Positions 42,072 through 55,088 of a stretch of DNA of 64,000 nucleotides are shown here, one piece after another. The first letter of the stretch is position 1. The number at the start of each line of letters is the position of its first letter. Origin of the DNA: Octopus vulgaris (taxonomy: Eukaryota); assembly GCA_951406725.2 (NCBI GenBank), contig OX597832.1:61876001-61940000 (forward strand). The letters run 5' to 3'. The position numbers and the translations under genes are program-made. The notes below the pieces were generated by a model. It worked only from the letters and a program-made list of their open reading frames with translations, had not been told where the DNA came from and did not search any database.

Positions 42072-42563
42072 TATAAACAATTAATTTATAAGTAAGGGCA
42101 AAAGAAAAAAATTATAATGCCAAAATATGCTGAAAATAGACATAACGTCAATAACCATGTAATTTATCACTACAAGCACGTGTTTCGAAGAAAGCCGACA
42201 GAAATTTCTAAAAAAATCACAATATTACGATATCGGACCCGATTTCAAAGTCAGTTCATAAGAATCTTCTCTTCATCAGTGATAAATGCGGCAAATACAT
42301 AAGTGAAATACTTACTTATACCCATGGAAGAAGTATTTAACTTATTTCTTTGCTGCATTTATCACTGATGAAGAGAAGTTTCTTATGAACTCACTCTGAA
42401 ATCGGGTCCGATATCGTAATAACGGGATGTTTTAGAAATTTCTGTCGGCTTTCTTCGAAACACGTGCTTGTAGTGATAAATTACATGGTTATTGACGTTG
42501 TGTCTGTTTTCGGCATACTTTGGCATTAGAATTTTTTTCTTTTCCCTTACTTATAAATTAATT

Positions 42564-42570
<7 letters not shown>
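42072..42570. repeat. About 500-bp fold-back palindrome with hammerhead-like cores
   Basis: 42072-42313 mirrors 42331-42570 with a spacer of about 17 nt; CTGATGA at 42365 with GAAA at 42398 and 42457. Confidence 0.92.
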
Positions 42571-42644
<74 letters not shown>

Positions 42645-43030
42645 TAGATAGATAGATAAATAGAATAGATACATACATACATACATACATACATACATAC
42701 ATACATACATACGTGTATCCTACTGCTCCACTTACTCCGGGGGATATATATCTAGGACAGACAGACAGAAGACAGACATGTAGGTAGGTAAGTAGGTAGA
42801 TAGATAGATAGATATCGACATTTTTACACATACAAATACCCACACGCATACATATACACGTATGCATGTACCTATGTGTTTGTATATGTATATATTTACT
42901 TGCGTATATAGAAATATATGCATGCGTGCCTACGGCTACACATGTGTGTATGTGTGCGATTGTGTGTGAGAGCATTTGTGCTTGTGCGTTTGTGTGTGTG
43001 CGTTTGTGTGTGTGTGTGCGTGTGTGTGTC

Positions 43031-43118
<88 letters not shown>

Positions 43119-43441
43119 TGAACATATTTCTCGTCATATGCAAAACTTCAATTAAGTGAGATAGGAAAAACTCTATGGAGTCGATAGTTCGGACTTAGGA
43201 ATTTCTTCTGTCTTATGTAATTATATCTCACATGTGTCATGCTTTCTATCTCTTACTCTCTCTCTCCTTTCCTCTCCTTATCTGTCTCTCTTTCTCTTCC
43301 CCCTCTTTCTCTCATGTTCTTCTAATCCGGAGATATAACGCGCGGTATGTAATCATTTTTACCTTCTACATGATGATATCTACCTGTCTGTCTGTCAGTC
43401 AGTTTGTCTGTTGCCTATCTGCCTCCCTGTCTGCCTGTTCT

Positions 43442-43494
<53 letters not shown>

Positions 43495-43600
43495 CTATGG
43501 ATCTGTCGCTCCCCCTCCTCGTGTCCTGTCCATCTGTCCATCTCTCTGTCCGTCTGTCTCTCTATCTATCTATCTGTCTATCGATCTATGCATATCCCTT

Positions 43601-43637
<37 letters not shown>

Positions 43638-43663
43638 ATATCTATCTATCTATCTATCTATCT

Positions 43664-44098
43664 AAAAAAGATGGGTGAATGTAGCAAGGATGGCACGTAT
43701 GAATGACGAAGCCACCTTGACTATGATTCTATGAACCGTAAAAATTAATACAGAGAGTTGCTTATTTGCAAAAAAAAAAAAAGAAATATAACTTCATTGA
43801 CCGAGGTTACCGTGGTCTTTTCCGTAGGCTTTTCTTTCCACGGGTAAGTCTCACCTGTCCTCCCCTTTACACTTCATATTGACATTTCTGTGATAACGAT
43901 CCCTATTGATCAATTTTTTTTTCTTCCTTTCCCTACCCCCTTTTTATTTTACCCCCCCCCCCCCCTTTTTGTCCTCTTTCTTTCCCTTTACGATCCCTTT
44001 TGATCGAAAACCAAACCCCCTTTTTTTACCCCCAAAAGAAAAGCTCTACCTTGTAATTTGTCCTGTCTGTGTGCAGCCCTGTTTGGCTAATAAAGAAA
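43664..44098 (+). mobile_element. 3' end of a Tx1/L1-clade LINE inside a (TATC)n array
   Basis: KRWVNVARMARMNDEATLTMIL-stop is homologous to KKRVNVARVVSMKDDTILSINL-stop at 38812-38880; AATAAA at 44089; (TATC)n on both sides. Confidence 0.85.
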
Positions 44099-44100
44099 CA

Positions 44101-44143
<43 letters not shown>

Positions 44144-44203
44144 ATATCTATCTATCTATCTATCTATTTGTCAGTCTGTCTATCTATCAATCCATCTATC
44201 TAC

Positions 44204-44248
<45 letters not shown>

Positions 44249-44294
44249 CATCTTTATCTGTTCTCGCTTGTGTGTTTGAACGTGTGACTTGTGT

Positions 44295-44660
44295 CATTAA
44301 GAGGTTCGATTTATAGGCACAGGTGTTCCAGCTCAGTATCAAAGGTTGGAAGGAGTCTTCGCCAAGAATCTTCTATTATGACCCATGCCCGATCAATGAA
44401 GTGTGTGAGTTTCTTAGATGAGAACTGCTAGAAACTCACTGTACATATGTATGCATGTTGTGTGTGTGTGTATGTGTGTGTGCGTTGCGTGCGTGTGTGT
44501 GTGTGTTTTCTTGTGTGTCGGTGTTTATTCCATACCGATTGAAAACCGATAATGGAGTGTTTACGTCCATGTAATCTACCGGTTCGTTGAAAATCACCGC
44601 TAGAATAAGTTACATTCAAAGAAATATTCCTGGGATCCAGTCCTTCGATTTAAACAATTT
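44295..44660 (+). mobile_element. SINE family A, highly decayed
   Basis: GTGTTTACGTCCATGTAA..CGGTTCG..TAGAATAAGT remnants plus the internal (GT) tract. Confidence 0.55.
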
Positions 44661-44724
44661 ATCAATTCTTTGAAAGTAAAAGATATATATATATATATAT
44701 ACATATAAATGTATGTATATATGT

Positions 44725-45156
44725 GGAAGTGGAAGCACTCCGTCGGTTACGACGATGAGGGTTCCGGTTGATCCGATCAACGGAACAGCCTGCTCGTGAA
44801 ATTAACGTGTAAGTGGCTGAGCACTCCACAGACACGTGTACCCTTAACGTAGTTCTCGGGGATATTCAGCGTGACACAGAGAGTGACAAGGCCGGCCCTT
44901 TGAAATACAGGTACAACAGAAACAAGAAGTAAGAGTGAGAGAAAGTTGTGGTGAAAGAGTACAGCAGGGATCACCACCATCCACTGCCGGAGTCTCGAAA
45001 GAGTACAGCAGGGATCACCACCATCCACTGCCGGAGTCTCGTGGAGCTTTAGGTGTTTTCGCTCAATAAACACTCACAACGCCCGGTCTGGGAATCGAAA
45101 CCGCGATCCTATGATCGCGAGTCCGCTGCCCTAACCACTGGGCCATTGCGCCTCCA
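44725..45156 (-). mobile_element. SINE family C, full length
   Basis: Minus-strand head GGAGGCGCAATGGCCCAGTGGTTAGGGCAGCGGACTCGCGATCATAGGATCGCGGTTTCGATTCCCAGACC with A and B boxes; internal 44-bp duplication. Confidence 0.9.
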
Positions 45157-45172
45157 TGTATATATATATGTA

Positions 45173-45202
<30 letters not shown>

Positions 45203-45204
<2 letters not shown>

Positions 45205-46493
45205 AACTTAGATAAACTTAGATATGTTTCGACCAAAGATTGGTCCAGGCCATGTCTAACTTAATAGCACCACCTGATAGGATTATTTGAATCCTGTTTA
45301 AGTCAAATTTTGTTTATGGTCCATTCAAGTAGTGAGTTCTTGTTGGGTGAGTTGTATCCAATTATGGGTGGCTTATCTGGTATTCTTTGAAGGAATCTAT
45401 CCAGACTCCGTTTAAAGTTGATGGGATCCTTTACACTTTGATCTCTCTCGGGACAATGTTAAATAGAGCAGGGCCTGTTGAGGAAAATAAATTATGTTGC
45501 AGTGTACATGTATGCTGTGATCTTGAATTGGGCAGGGGACGTATGGCCCGTGGTCCCAGTCTTGGATGAACCTTGAAGCTAATGTTAAGGTCGTTTGGGC
45601 AAAGTTGGCGGTATATTCTCCACAAGGTACAAATGATGTACCGCTCACGGCGACGCTGGAGAGAGTAAAGTTTCAAGGCTTTAAGGCGATCCCAATAATC
45701 GAGAGCAGTCATGCCTTCAATTCGTTTAGTGAGTGCCCTCTGGGGTGACTCAATCCTGGAGATGTTTTGTCTTGTATGGGGAGACCACAGTGGGCAGCAA
45801 TATTCAAGGTGTGGCCGTACAAAGGAGGAGAAAAGTGGTATGATGACACCTTGTTCTCTGGACCGGAAAGTTCTTAAGATCCAGGAACTCATCCTACGAG
45901 CTATATCAACCTTCTTGTTGATGTGTGCACTCCAACTGAGATCGTCATCAACAATTACACGCAGGTCTCTGATATTGTTTGAGGCTGAAGGAAGAGAGTA
46001 TGGCTGTTTTAGTGAGGAATTTCTTCCAAAATGCATCAGCTCAAATTTTCGCTCATTCAGTTGCATTTTGTTTCTGTCTGCCCATTGACTCACAGCATAT
46101 AGATCAGACTGGAGTTGAGTTTGGTCTGCTTCTTCATTGACGATTTGCTGGAGCTTAGTGTCATCAGCAAATATTTTCACTTTGCAGTAATGTACGACAC
46201 TGGAAAGGTCGTTTATGTAAATTATGAAGAGTAGCGGACCCAAGACAGTCCCCTGGGGAACACGGCTGGTGACTTTTGCTGGGCTTGAGTGGACTCCATC
46301 AACTACAACATGTTGTGTTCTATTCGCCAGGAAATACTTAATCCAGTGTAGAACTTTTCCACGGATCCCAACATTTGCCAATTTTGAGAGTAGGATATTA
46401 TCGTCTACCCTGTCGAACGCTTTACTGAAGTCAAGATATATGATGACGTCAGAGTTCGAACCTGTTCCCAAGGCTTTGAGTACATCTTCAATG
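45203..46493 (-). mobile_element. CR1-clade LINE, 5'-truncated (RT to 3' end)
   Basis: YLDFSKAFDRVD, VPQGTVLGPLLFIIYINDL, IFADDTKL, VRPHLEYC and LYSLQRRRER; one in-frame stop at 45431, then reading continues to about 45303; short repeated tail. Confidence 0.95.
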
Positions 46494-46506
46494 TGTGTGT
46501 ATATAT

Positions 46507-46553
46507 AAACTGAAAGAACTCCGTCGTATATATACATGTATATACGCATGTGC

Positions 46554-46632
<79 letters not shown>

Positions 46633-46828
46633 TGTCTGTGTTTGTCCCCACCACAATCGCTTAGCAATCGAATTTGGTGTGTTTATGTATCCGTAACTTT
46701 TAGCGGTTCGATAAAAGCGAACGATAGAATAAGTACCAGGCCTACAAAGAATGAATCCTGGTTTGTTCGACTAAAAGGCGGTGTTCCAACATGGCCGCAG
46801 CCAAAATGACTGAAACAAATAAAAGAAT
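46507..46828 (+). mobile_element. SINE family A, 3' two-thirds
   Basis: AAACTGAAAGAA..GATAGAATAAGTAC..ATGGCCGCAGCCAAAATGACTGAAAC. Confidence 0.85.
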
Positions 46829-46831
46829 ACA

Positions 46832-46879
<48 letters not shown>

Positions 46880-47056
46880 CTATCACACGCATACACATAT
46901 ACACAGGCACACACACATACACACGCACTCACAAAGACACACGCACACACGCATCTCCCACACCTATAGTTTTGTAACTTTTACCGAGTCTAAAAGAATT
47001 TATACTAAAGTACCAGAACTTTTTCATATCGTTTCTTCTTCCATATGTTTGTTCTT

Positions 47057-47093
<37 letters not shown>

Positions 47094-47218
47094 CATACAC
47101 CCATATATATATATATACACACACACATATGCATACCTAGCTATCTCTATAGTTATTCATATGTATATACATGCCTACATACTCCCACACACGCTAACAT
47201 GCACACACACACACGCAC

Positions 47219-47299
<81 letters not shown>

Positions 47300-47339
47300 C
47301 ATTCATATACATGTATTGGACTTTTATCCTGTACATAAT

Positions 47340-47895
<556 letters not shown>

Positions 47896-48263
47896 TTGAT
47901 ATCTATACATATTATATATGCATGAAAATCTATAAGCAGAATGATGTGCGTCTATATTTGTATGTTTGTGTGTATATAAATATGTGAGCGGACTCAGTTA
48001 TGATGGAAAGTGCAGATGTGTAGATTGAGAGACAGATGGAGAGATCACCTGACGGACTTGAACGTATACAGGAATATACAGACTCATTAACATACAGGCA
48101 CATAACATACATAATGAGACAAAGGGAGGGGAGAGAGGGAGAGAGGGAGAATGAGAGAGGCGGGTCCTATTATCGGTGCTGTACCATATCTGTAGGCTGT
48201 ACGGGAAGAGCTATCGATGATTGCATGAATGAAGTGTTTAGAGAAAGAGGGAAAAAGAGGAAA

Positions 48264-48304
<41 letters not shown>

Positions 48305-48687
48305 GAAGACAGATGAGGGTGTGTCTGAGGGAACTTTTGTGCATGTGTGTCTGTGTGTGTGTGTTTGTGTGTGTGTTTGTGTGTGTGTTTTTGTGAGTGA
48401 TCCTATGGGGCTGTGAAACCCAAAGGTTTTGTAGGCCCGGTGGCAGAGAGTCCCCTAAGCTAGTTGTAGACTGCAATCTGTTGCCAGTGGAGGAATAGAA
48501 CAAGAGAGAACGAAAAAGAGAAATATAGGAGATGTAGAGAGAGAGAGGGTGAGTGAGAGAGAGATACTGAAGAGAGAGGGGGAGAAAGAATGAGAGCTCT
48601 TGCTAAAACCAAAATGATATACACGTATGTATGGGTATGTGTGTGTATACACGCGCACACACACACACACATATATATATATGTATA

Positions 48688-48735
<48 letters not shown>

Positions 48736-48974
48736 AATGCATATACACATATTTATATATGTATATAGATGCATATATATATTCATAGATTGATAGATAT
48801 GTATATATATATATATATATATATATGAATATATAAATGTGTATTTATATGTGTGTGTGTGTGTGATCATGCGCGCGTGTGTGTATGTGTGTATTCAAAC
48901 AGACTGGAAGAGAATGAGTGAGGGAGATAGAGAGGAGAGAGAGAAAGAGAGAGAGAGAGAAAGAGAGAGGGAGA

Positions 48975-49320
48975 AGTGATGTTGTGAGACTGAGCGCTGA
49001 GCGGAGCTAAAAGAAGCCACTGTGACGTCATAAGTACTGCAGTGTCTGTCTCACAGGTCAGTGTCAAGGAGAAGTATCAAACAAACAAGAGCAACAACAA
49101 AAACAACAACAACAACAGCAATAACAGCAGCAGCAGCAGCTCCACCCACTCGGTTCGGTTCTGCACCCGGTTTTAAACATCATATGACATTTGTCGCATG
49201 GAACAAAGTTAAATATGTGACCATTCTCTTCAGACGTATCCTGATGTAGGGAGGAAAGTTGTGTGGGTCATCTATATACGTAAGATATGACATCATCCAA
49301 TGATGACGCAGAGAGAGGGA
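48975..49320. promoter_or_regulatory. Candidate regulatory island with a full CRE
   Basis: TGACGTCA at 49023-49030 and TGACGCA at 49304 in non-repeat sequence between GA tracts. Confidence 0.25.
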
Positions 49321-49777
49321 CAGACAGACAGACACAGACAGAGAGAGAGAGAGACAGAGAGACAGAGACAGTGAGAGCGTTGAGGAAAAGAAAGGGAGAA
49401 GCTGTCTGTTGAAGTGTATTGTTGGTGATGTTGTTGTTGTGGTTTATATTTCTTTCGTGATTTTGCTGAATCACGTGTTGTTATTACTACAGTAGCAGCC
49501 TGTTGCTTCAAGTTTTTAATCTTTTATATAATTTCTGCTGCTGTTGCTGCAGGTGGGACGTCGTATATGCCGTTGTTGTTATTATTGTTGTTGTTGTTGT
49601 TGCTATTGTTATTGCTGTTGCTGTTGTTGTTGTCGTTGTTGTTGGTTGTCAGTGCTTTGCTCAGTGGATATTTTATGGCTCAACGCCACACGCCAACGGA
49701 AACACACGTCTAATTATACAGCCTCTACACAGATCCGACCCCCTGCTTTTTTCCATCATCTCCTGTCTCACCCTATC

Positions 49778-49814
<37 letters not shown>

Positions 49815-49998
49815 CGCTTTACATATTGTGTGTGTGTGTGTGTGTGTGTTAAAGGGAGAATGCATATGTGTGTGCGTGAGTCTTGCGAAGTGTGATCAAT
49901 TAAACCAAGAGTCGTTCTTTGGGGATGTGCTACCCCGTTTTCATTTTACTTTGATGGGACTACACACACATACGCACACACATACACACACACACACA

Positions 49999-50029
<31 letters not shown>

Positions 50030-50274
50030 TCACACAGGCGCGCGCGTGTATGTATATATATATATGTTTCAAATTGTGCAAAAACAAAAGACAGAGGCAG
50101 GTGAGGGGAAAACAAACAATATGTATTAGTTTAACGCTGAGGAAAAATGGTAGAAGTCTTTAAAGTTTCGAACCTAGGCACTTCTACCCACATATATGCA
50201 TCTATACATATGCTGTATGTATATTTATTTATATATAACTAAATATACTGAAATGGCTGTGTATATGAACTATA

Positions 50275-50548
50275 TCATGTGACTGACCAGACAATCGGAT
50301 GTTGATATACATCGCTGGTTAAAATGCACTTTGTATAGTTTTAATTTTCGAATGATGTCAGCCCGCTGGTTAGGTGAGCAGACCGACTTTGCCCCTGATC
50401 GGAAGGCTAATCTATCGCAGATTTGTCCAACTGAATTGACTGGAGTGTTTTGCCCAAGAACTCAATGTGCTGCCGGTCTGAGAATGGAATCTACGATCTC
50501 AAGATTGTGAGTGCAATAGCCCGAGCCATCAGGCTGCGCGCCTTCACA
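50275..50548 (-). mobile_element. SINE family D (tRNA head, RTE-like tail), decayed
   Basis: Minus-strand tRNA-like head at 50460-50548; 3' part aligns with 2462-2587. Confidence 0.7.
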
Positions 50549-51289
50549 GATTTACTATATACATATATCTAATTACTAAAGCCATAAATCTGCCATGTAG
50601 ATGCGTTACTCCTACATATCACGACACACAACTTCTGCTAACCTTCTCATATACTTTCCTTTCTTTATCTATAAAAATAAACGCGAAATTCTGTTTGTCT
50701 GGGACACCTATATTTCAGCTGCTCTACATAAAGTTGCTCTACATAGATATATTATGCCTTTTTTTGAATTACGATGATAACGGGATTAAAAAGCTGTCCT
50801 GCATTTGCTTCTTGAACATTCAACCTAGGGATATGACTTAAAAGCATTTGGGTTGCTATTTCTAGCAAGTAGTTGGCGTTTATCAGATGATGTCAGAGAT
50901 CAAGGGGGAGATAAATCACGTTTGCTTCGTTACTTTTACGTCGAGATAAGAAATTTGGTGTAAATTGGCCAACAGTTGGAATTTAACTTGGGCCAGGAAC
51001 AATAGAATGATTGCATTACAGAATTAATTCTCATCTGTCCATAACCTCTGATCAAACACCACCAGGATATATAGTCATTATAGATGTATGATAGTCATAC
51101 TATTTAGCTCCCTTTAGTTTCGGGCCGGAGGCCCAATTAACCCTCCGCATGAACTAACCTAAAAGTTCGCACGGAGTCCGGCTTTTGAGTTAGTTATTAA
51201 TAAAGAAATTATAAAGTAAGTCAACGAGCTTCATCCGTTTACATTGCTCCACACAATGAACTGAAAACTCTCCCAGACTCCTCAAATTG

Positions 51290-51715
51290 CACTCTTATAC
51301 GCAAGTGCACTTATATGCAAGTGAGACTCGTGCTACCACGAAGAGGATAGAACATCGGGTGGCTACGACGCAAAGGGCCGCGAAAAGATCCATGCAACGA
51401 ATATTTGAACGAGAACATATTCGGAATGAGAAAATTACAGAACGGAGTATGAGGAGGAATGATGAGATTGCGGAGTACCGAAAGCACATGTTCTGCTAGG
51501 TCACAGACAACAGATGGACCCTTGCAGTTGCCTAGTGTTATCCAAGAGATCGAAAAGGCCATTTAGAAGAACCCCACGAAGATGAGAAGATGATTTAGTA
51601 AAGAAATTTAGGTCAAGGTGGAAAAGAATGGCACAATCAAGATAGGATTAGAAGCGTATTGTGACCAGCGGTGTATAACATCATTTGACGATCTGGTTGA
51701 TACTGCGATACTGTG
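51290..51715 (+). mobile_element. RTE-clade LINE 3' end
   Basis: LYASETRATTK..TTQRA..RSM..EHIRNEKI and AGAAGACCCCCACGAAGATGAGAAGATGA (RRP..W.D-like) C-terminal motifs. Confidence 0.8.
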
Positions 51716-52831
51716 ACTGTTTGAATTAAGTTTATTTAGGAGTAACTGTCCTTTTCCAGCACGCGAAATCTAACTCAACCATGAATGTGCCTCACAACTC
51801 TAAACCTAATTGACACGCCAGCTGAGACGGTCTGTATTTGACCAGCAGCGAATTTGCAGAGTGGTTTGAGTGTCGGACGATTTCTTCGTGTATCTGTTTC
51901 ATCTCTCTACGAACTGAGCTCAAATACCGTCAAAGTCAAATGTACTTCTCATCCTTTCAAGTTCCATAACAAAATATATCAAGAAGCTCAAACTGGAACT
52001 AGACATTTCCTAAGATTAATTCCTGCCTTTCAAATACAGACAAAGACTACTTCGACGAAAGACTTAACACACTGCCTACTTTCGCACCAACATTTGGCTG
52101 TCTTTAAAGGAAATCTCTTTACTGCAAGTTTCTTTTGGTTTATGGATAATGTTCTGTCCAACGCTCGATCTCATCTGTCTCAGGTCTTTTTACCGAAGTT
52201 GGGCTCATGTTTCGGCATGATTAAAACGTGTGTTGTGTATTCATCAATTTTCTCCACCCACTATTCCTAGGAGTTGGGTGGAACTTGAGTCCAAATGCGC
52301 TTCTTCTACAAGATCCTATCCAAACCAATCTTCATTGCACTTTCTAACTGGATTCCCACGTAAAGCCAATTGGGAGGACTACAAAAATTATCCAAGCACA
52401 ACCATCTTCTTCTGTCTGGATCACCTACCAGTTGTATCCACTTGAACGACCTGTCTTGCGATTCCACCCGCGACTTTCAAATCACATGTCCATAGATCTC
52501 CCGAGGTGGAGAAGAAACTGCTCAACTGGCACTGTTTCCCCCATCACCCAGCTGCACATTTTGCCTTGTAAATTTTCTCCGGTGGTCCTACGCAGGAATT
52601 CCATTTTTATCCGTTTGTATTCCCGATCGTATTCCCCCGGTCCTTACCCAGCATCCCTGACTATATATACATATATATATATATATACATATATAAACGT
52701 ATGCATATACTTACACACACACACGGGCACACACAAACACATTCACATATATTATATATATATATATGTATGTGTGTATATATATATATGTGTGTGTATA
52801 TATATGAATGCGTGTCTATATGTACGGGTGC

Positions 52832-53073
52832 AACGTGGCTGTATGGTAAGAAGCCTGCTTACAAACCACATGGTACCCGGGTTCAGTCCCACTGCATGGC
52901 ACCTTGGTCGAATGCGTTCTACTATAGTCTCGGGCCGGCCAAAGCCTTGTGAGTGAATCTGGTAGACGGAAACTGAAAGAAGCATGTCGTATATATATAT
53001 ATATATATATGTATATACTTATGTGTGTGTGTGCCTGTGTTTGTGCCCACCCCACCACGCTATCGCTTGACAA
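52832..53073 (+). mobile_element. SINE family A, 5' two-thirds
   Basis: GTGGCTGTATGGTAAG..GGGTTCAGTCCCACTGC..GGTAGACGGAAACTGAAAGAAGC. Confidence 0.88.
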
Positions 53074-53075
53074 CT

Positions 53076-53287
53076 TACTCTTTCATTTAATTATTTCAGT
53101 CATTTGACTGCGGCCATGCTGGGGTACCACCTTTAGTTGAACAAATCGAACCCAGGACTTTTTCCTTGTAAGCCTGGTACTTATTCTGTCTGTCTCTTAA
53201 GCGGAACTGCTAAGTTATGGAGACGTAATCACCACATCAGTTGTCAAGGGACAAACGCAGACACACGCACAAATATATACATAGCTA

Positions 53288-53371
<84 letters not shown>

Positions 53372-53495
53372 TATACGACGGGTTTATTTCAGTTTCCGTC
53401 TGCCAAATCCACTCACAAGGTTTTGTTTGGCCCGTGGTTATAGTAAAAGATACTTGCCCAAGGTGCCACGCAGTGGGACTGAACTCGGAACCATG
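53076..53495 (-). mobile_element. SINE family A, inverted relative to its neighbour
   Basis: TTTCAGTCATTTGACTGCGGCCATGCTGG..CAAGGTGCCACGCAGTGGGACTGAAC. Confidence 0.9.
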
Positions 53496-53624
53496 TCGTT
53501 TGGTGTGCCAAAATTAAGGTTACTGAAGGTCGGGCTTTAATAACTATCAATAAATGTGATGATATGAAAATTGTACATTATAAAAACCTAGTAGTTTTCA
53601 GACTAAATAAATTCAGATTTATGA

Positions 53625-54060
53625 ATTAGTTAATGGCTATAGACCGAAAAAAGTAATACGGCGATAGCAAAAAAGCTTAAAATTCACCGAACAACAGTCT
53701 GGAAAATTGTCAAGAAATCTCAAGAGAGTGGTTCCACAGCTGATCGACCTGGACGTAACCGAAAAGGAAGCGTGCGGGCCCCTCAGCTTACCAAAAGTAC
53801 TAGAGAAAAGATACGGCGAAATCTTCATGTCGTCTTATCCTGCGTCCTATTGCTGAAGTCACGCTAACCAACGTGGTGATCATATCGAACAGAGAGTAAA
53901 CCACCAAAATGACCGACTTTGGTGTATATCTGCCTTCATCAATAGTAGACTCGTAAATCGGCATCAAAATCCACAGTCAGTTATGGTTTGGGTGACCGTG
54001 ACACCCACTGAAAGGTGTCCCTCCGTTTTTAAATCAGACAACCAGCAGTATATTAGTGAC
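53625..54060 (+). pseudogene. Tc1/maT-like transposase remnant
   Basis: AIAKKLKIHRTTVWKIVKKSQESGSTADRPGRNRK (HTH plus GRPR-like linker) and QNPQSVMVW. Confidence 0.8.
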
Positions 54061-54129
54061 GTCGGCTGCTGTCGGTTGAAAAGGTCATTGTTTGACCAAG
54101 TATGTGACCAAACGAAGTTTATTTTTGAA

Positions 54130-54162
<33 letters not shown>

Positions 54163-54239
54163 CGGTGGAACTAAGCACGTGTCTGTTTTTATACGGAAAA
54201 CTGGTGGTTAATTTTACAAATTATATTGCTCGTGGAACG

Positions 54240-54317
54240 ATTGTACTGACGAGTCCTACGGACGAAGGATTAGGTAAGATTAAGATTCGTTAATAGGCGA
54301 AATCACCGGTTTGCGAT
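54240..54317 (+). ncRNA. Hammerhead-like motif with extended stem II
   Basis: ATTGTA-CTGACGA-GTCCTA..TAGGC-GAAA-TCACCG-GTT-TGCGAT; stem I pairs with two G-U. Confidence 0.55.
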
Positions 54318-54476
54318 TAATTCCTGTTTTTTATATAATTTTCATCTGTCTTGCTCGCATATTGTTCTGGTGTCCGCTGAATTTTTCTCTAGAGAGCATT
54401 CTTTTCTTTGTAGTTTGATCGTAGGTTATCTACTTCTAGCATATGGCTGTCCACATAGTGGTTTTTAGCTCTTTAA

Positions 54477-54523
<47 letters not shown>

Positions 54524-54559
54524 CATACATACATACATATAACAACAACAACAATTATA

Positions 54560-54594
<35 letters not shown>

Positions 54595-54647
54595 AATAAT
54601 AATAATTATAATAATAATAATAATAATACCATTCATAATAATAATAT

Positions 54648-54838
54648 TCTTTTCTACTCTAGGCACAAGGCCCGAATTACATCGACCCCAGTACGTAACT
54701 GGCACTTAATTTATCGACCCCCGAAAGGATGAAAGGCAAAGTCGACCTTGGCGAAATTTGAACTCAGACCATAAAAACAGATGAAATACCACTACGAATT
54801 TCGCCTGGTGTGCCAACGTTTCTGCCTGCTCACAGCCT
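54648..54838 (-). mobile_element. SINE family B
   Basis: TTATCGACCCCCGAAAGGATGAAAGGCAAAGTCGACC..TTTGAACTCAG. Confidence 0.88.
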
Positions 54839-54839
54839 T

Positions 54840-54840
54840 A

Positions 54841-54877
<37 letters not shown>

Positions 54878-54935
54878 ATGATGATGATGATGATGATGAT
54901 AATAATAATAGTTATTATTATCATTATTATTATTA

Positions 54936-54975
<40 letters not shown>

Positions 54976-54997
54976 CATCATCATCATCATCATCATC

Positions 54998-55088
<91 letters not shown>
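54840..55088. repeat. Compound (AAT)/(GAT)/(TTA)/(CAT)n array
   Basis: Direct reading. Confidence 0.95.

Noticed and set aside
45070-45156. tRNA-like sequence with A and B boxes
   Set aside because: It is the head of a SINE continuing into a SINE body; no complete cloverleaf. The same applies to the other SINE heads
51780-52660. Complex 900-bp segment with ORFs 51854-52270 and 52432-52956
   Set aside because: No recognisable domain in the frames I read; probably an old decayed element, left unassigned
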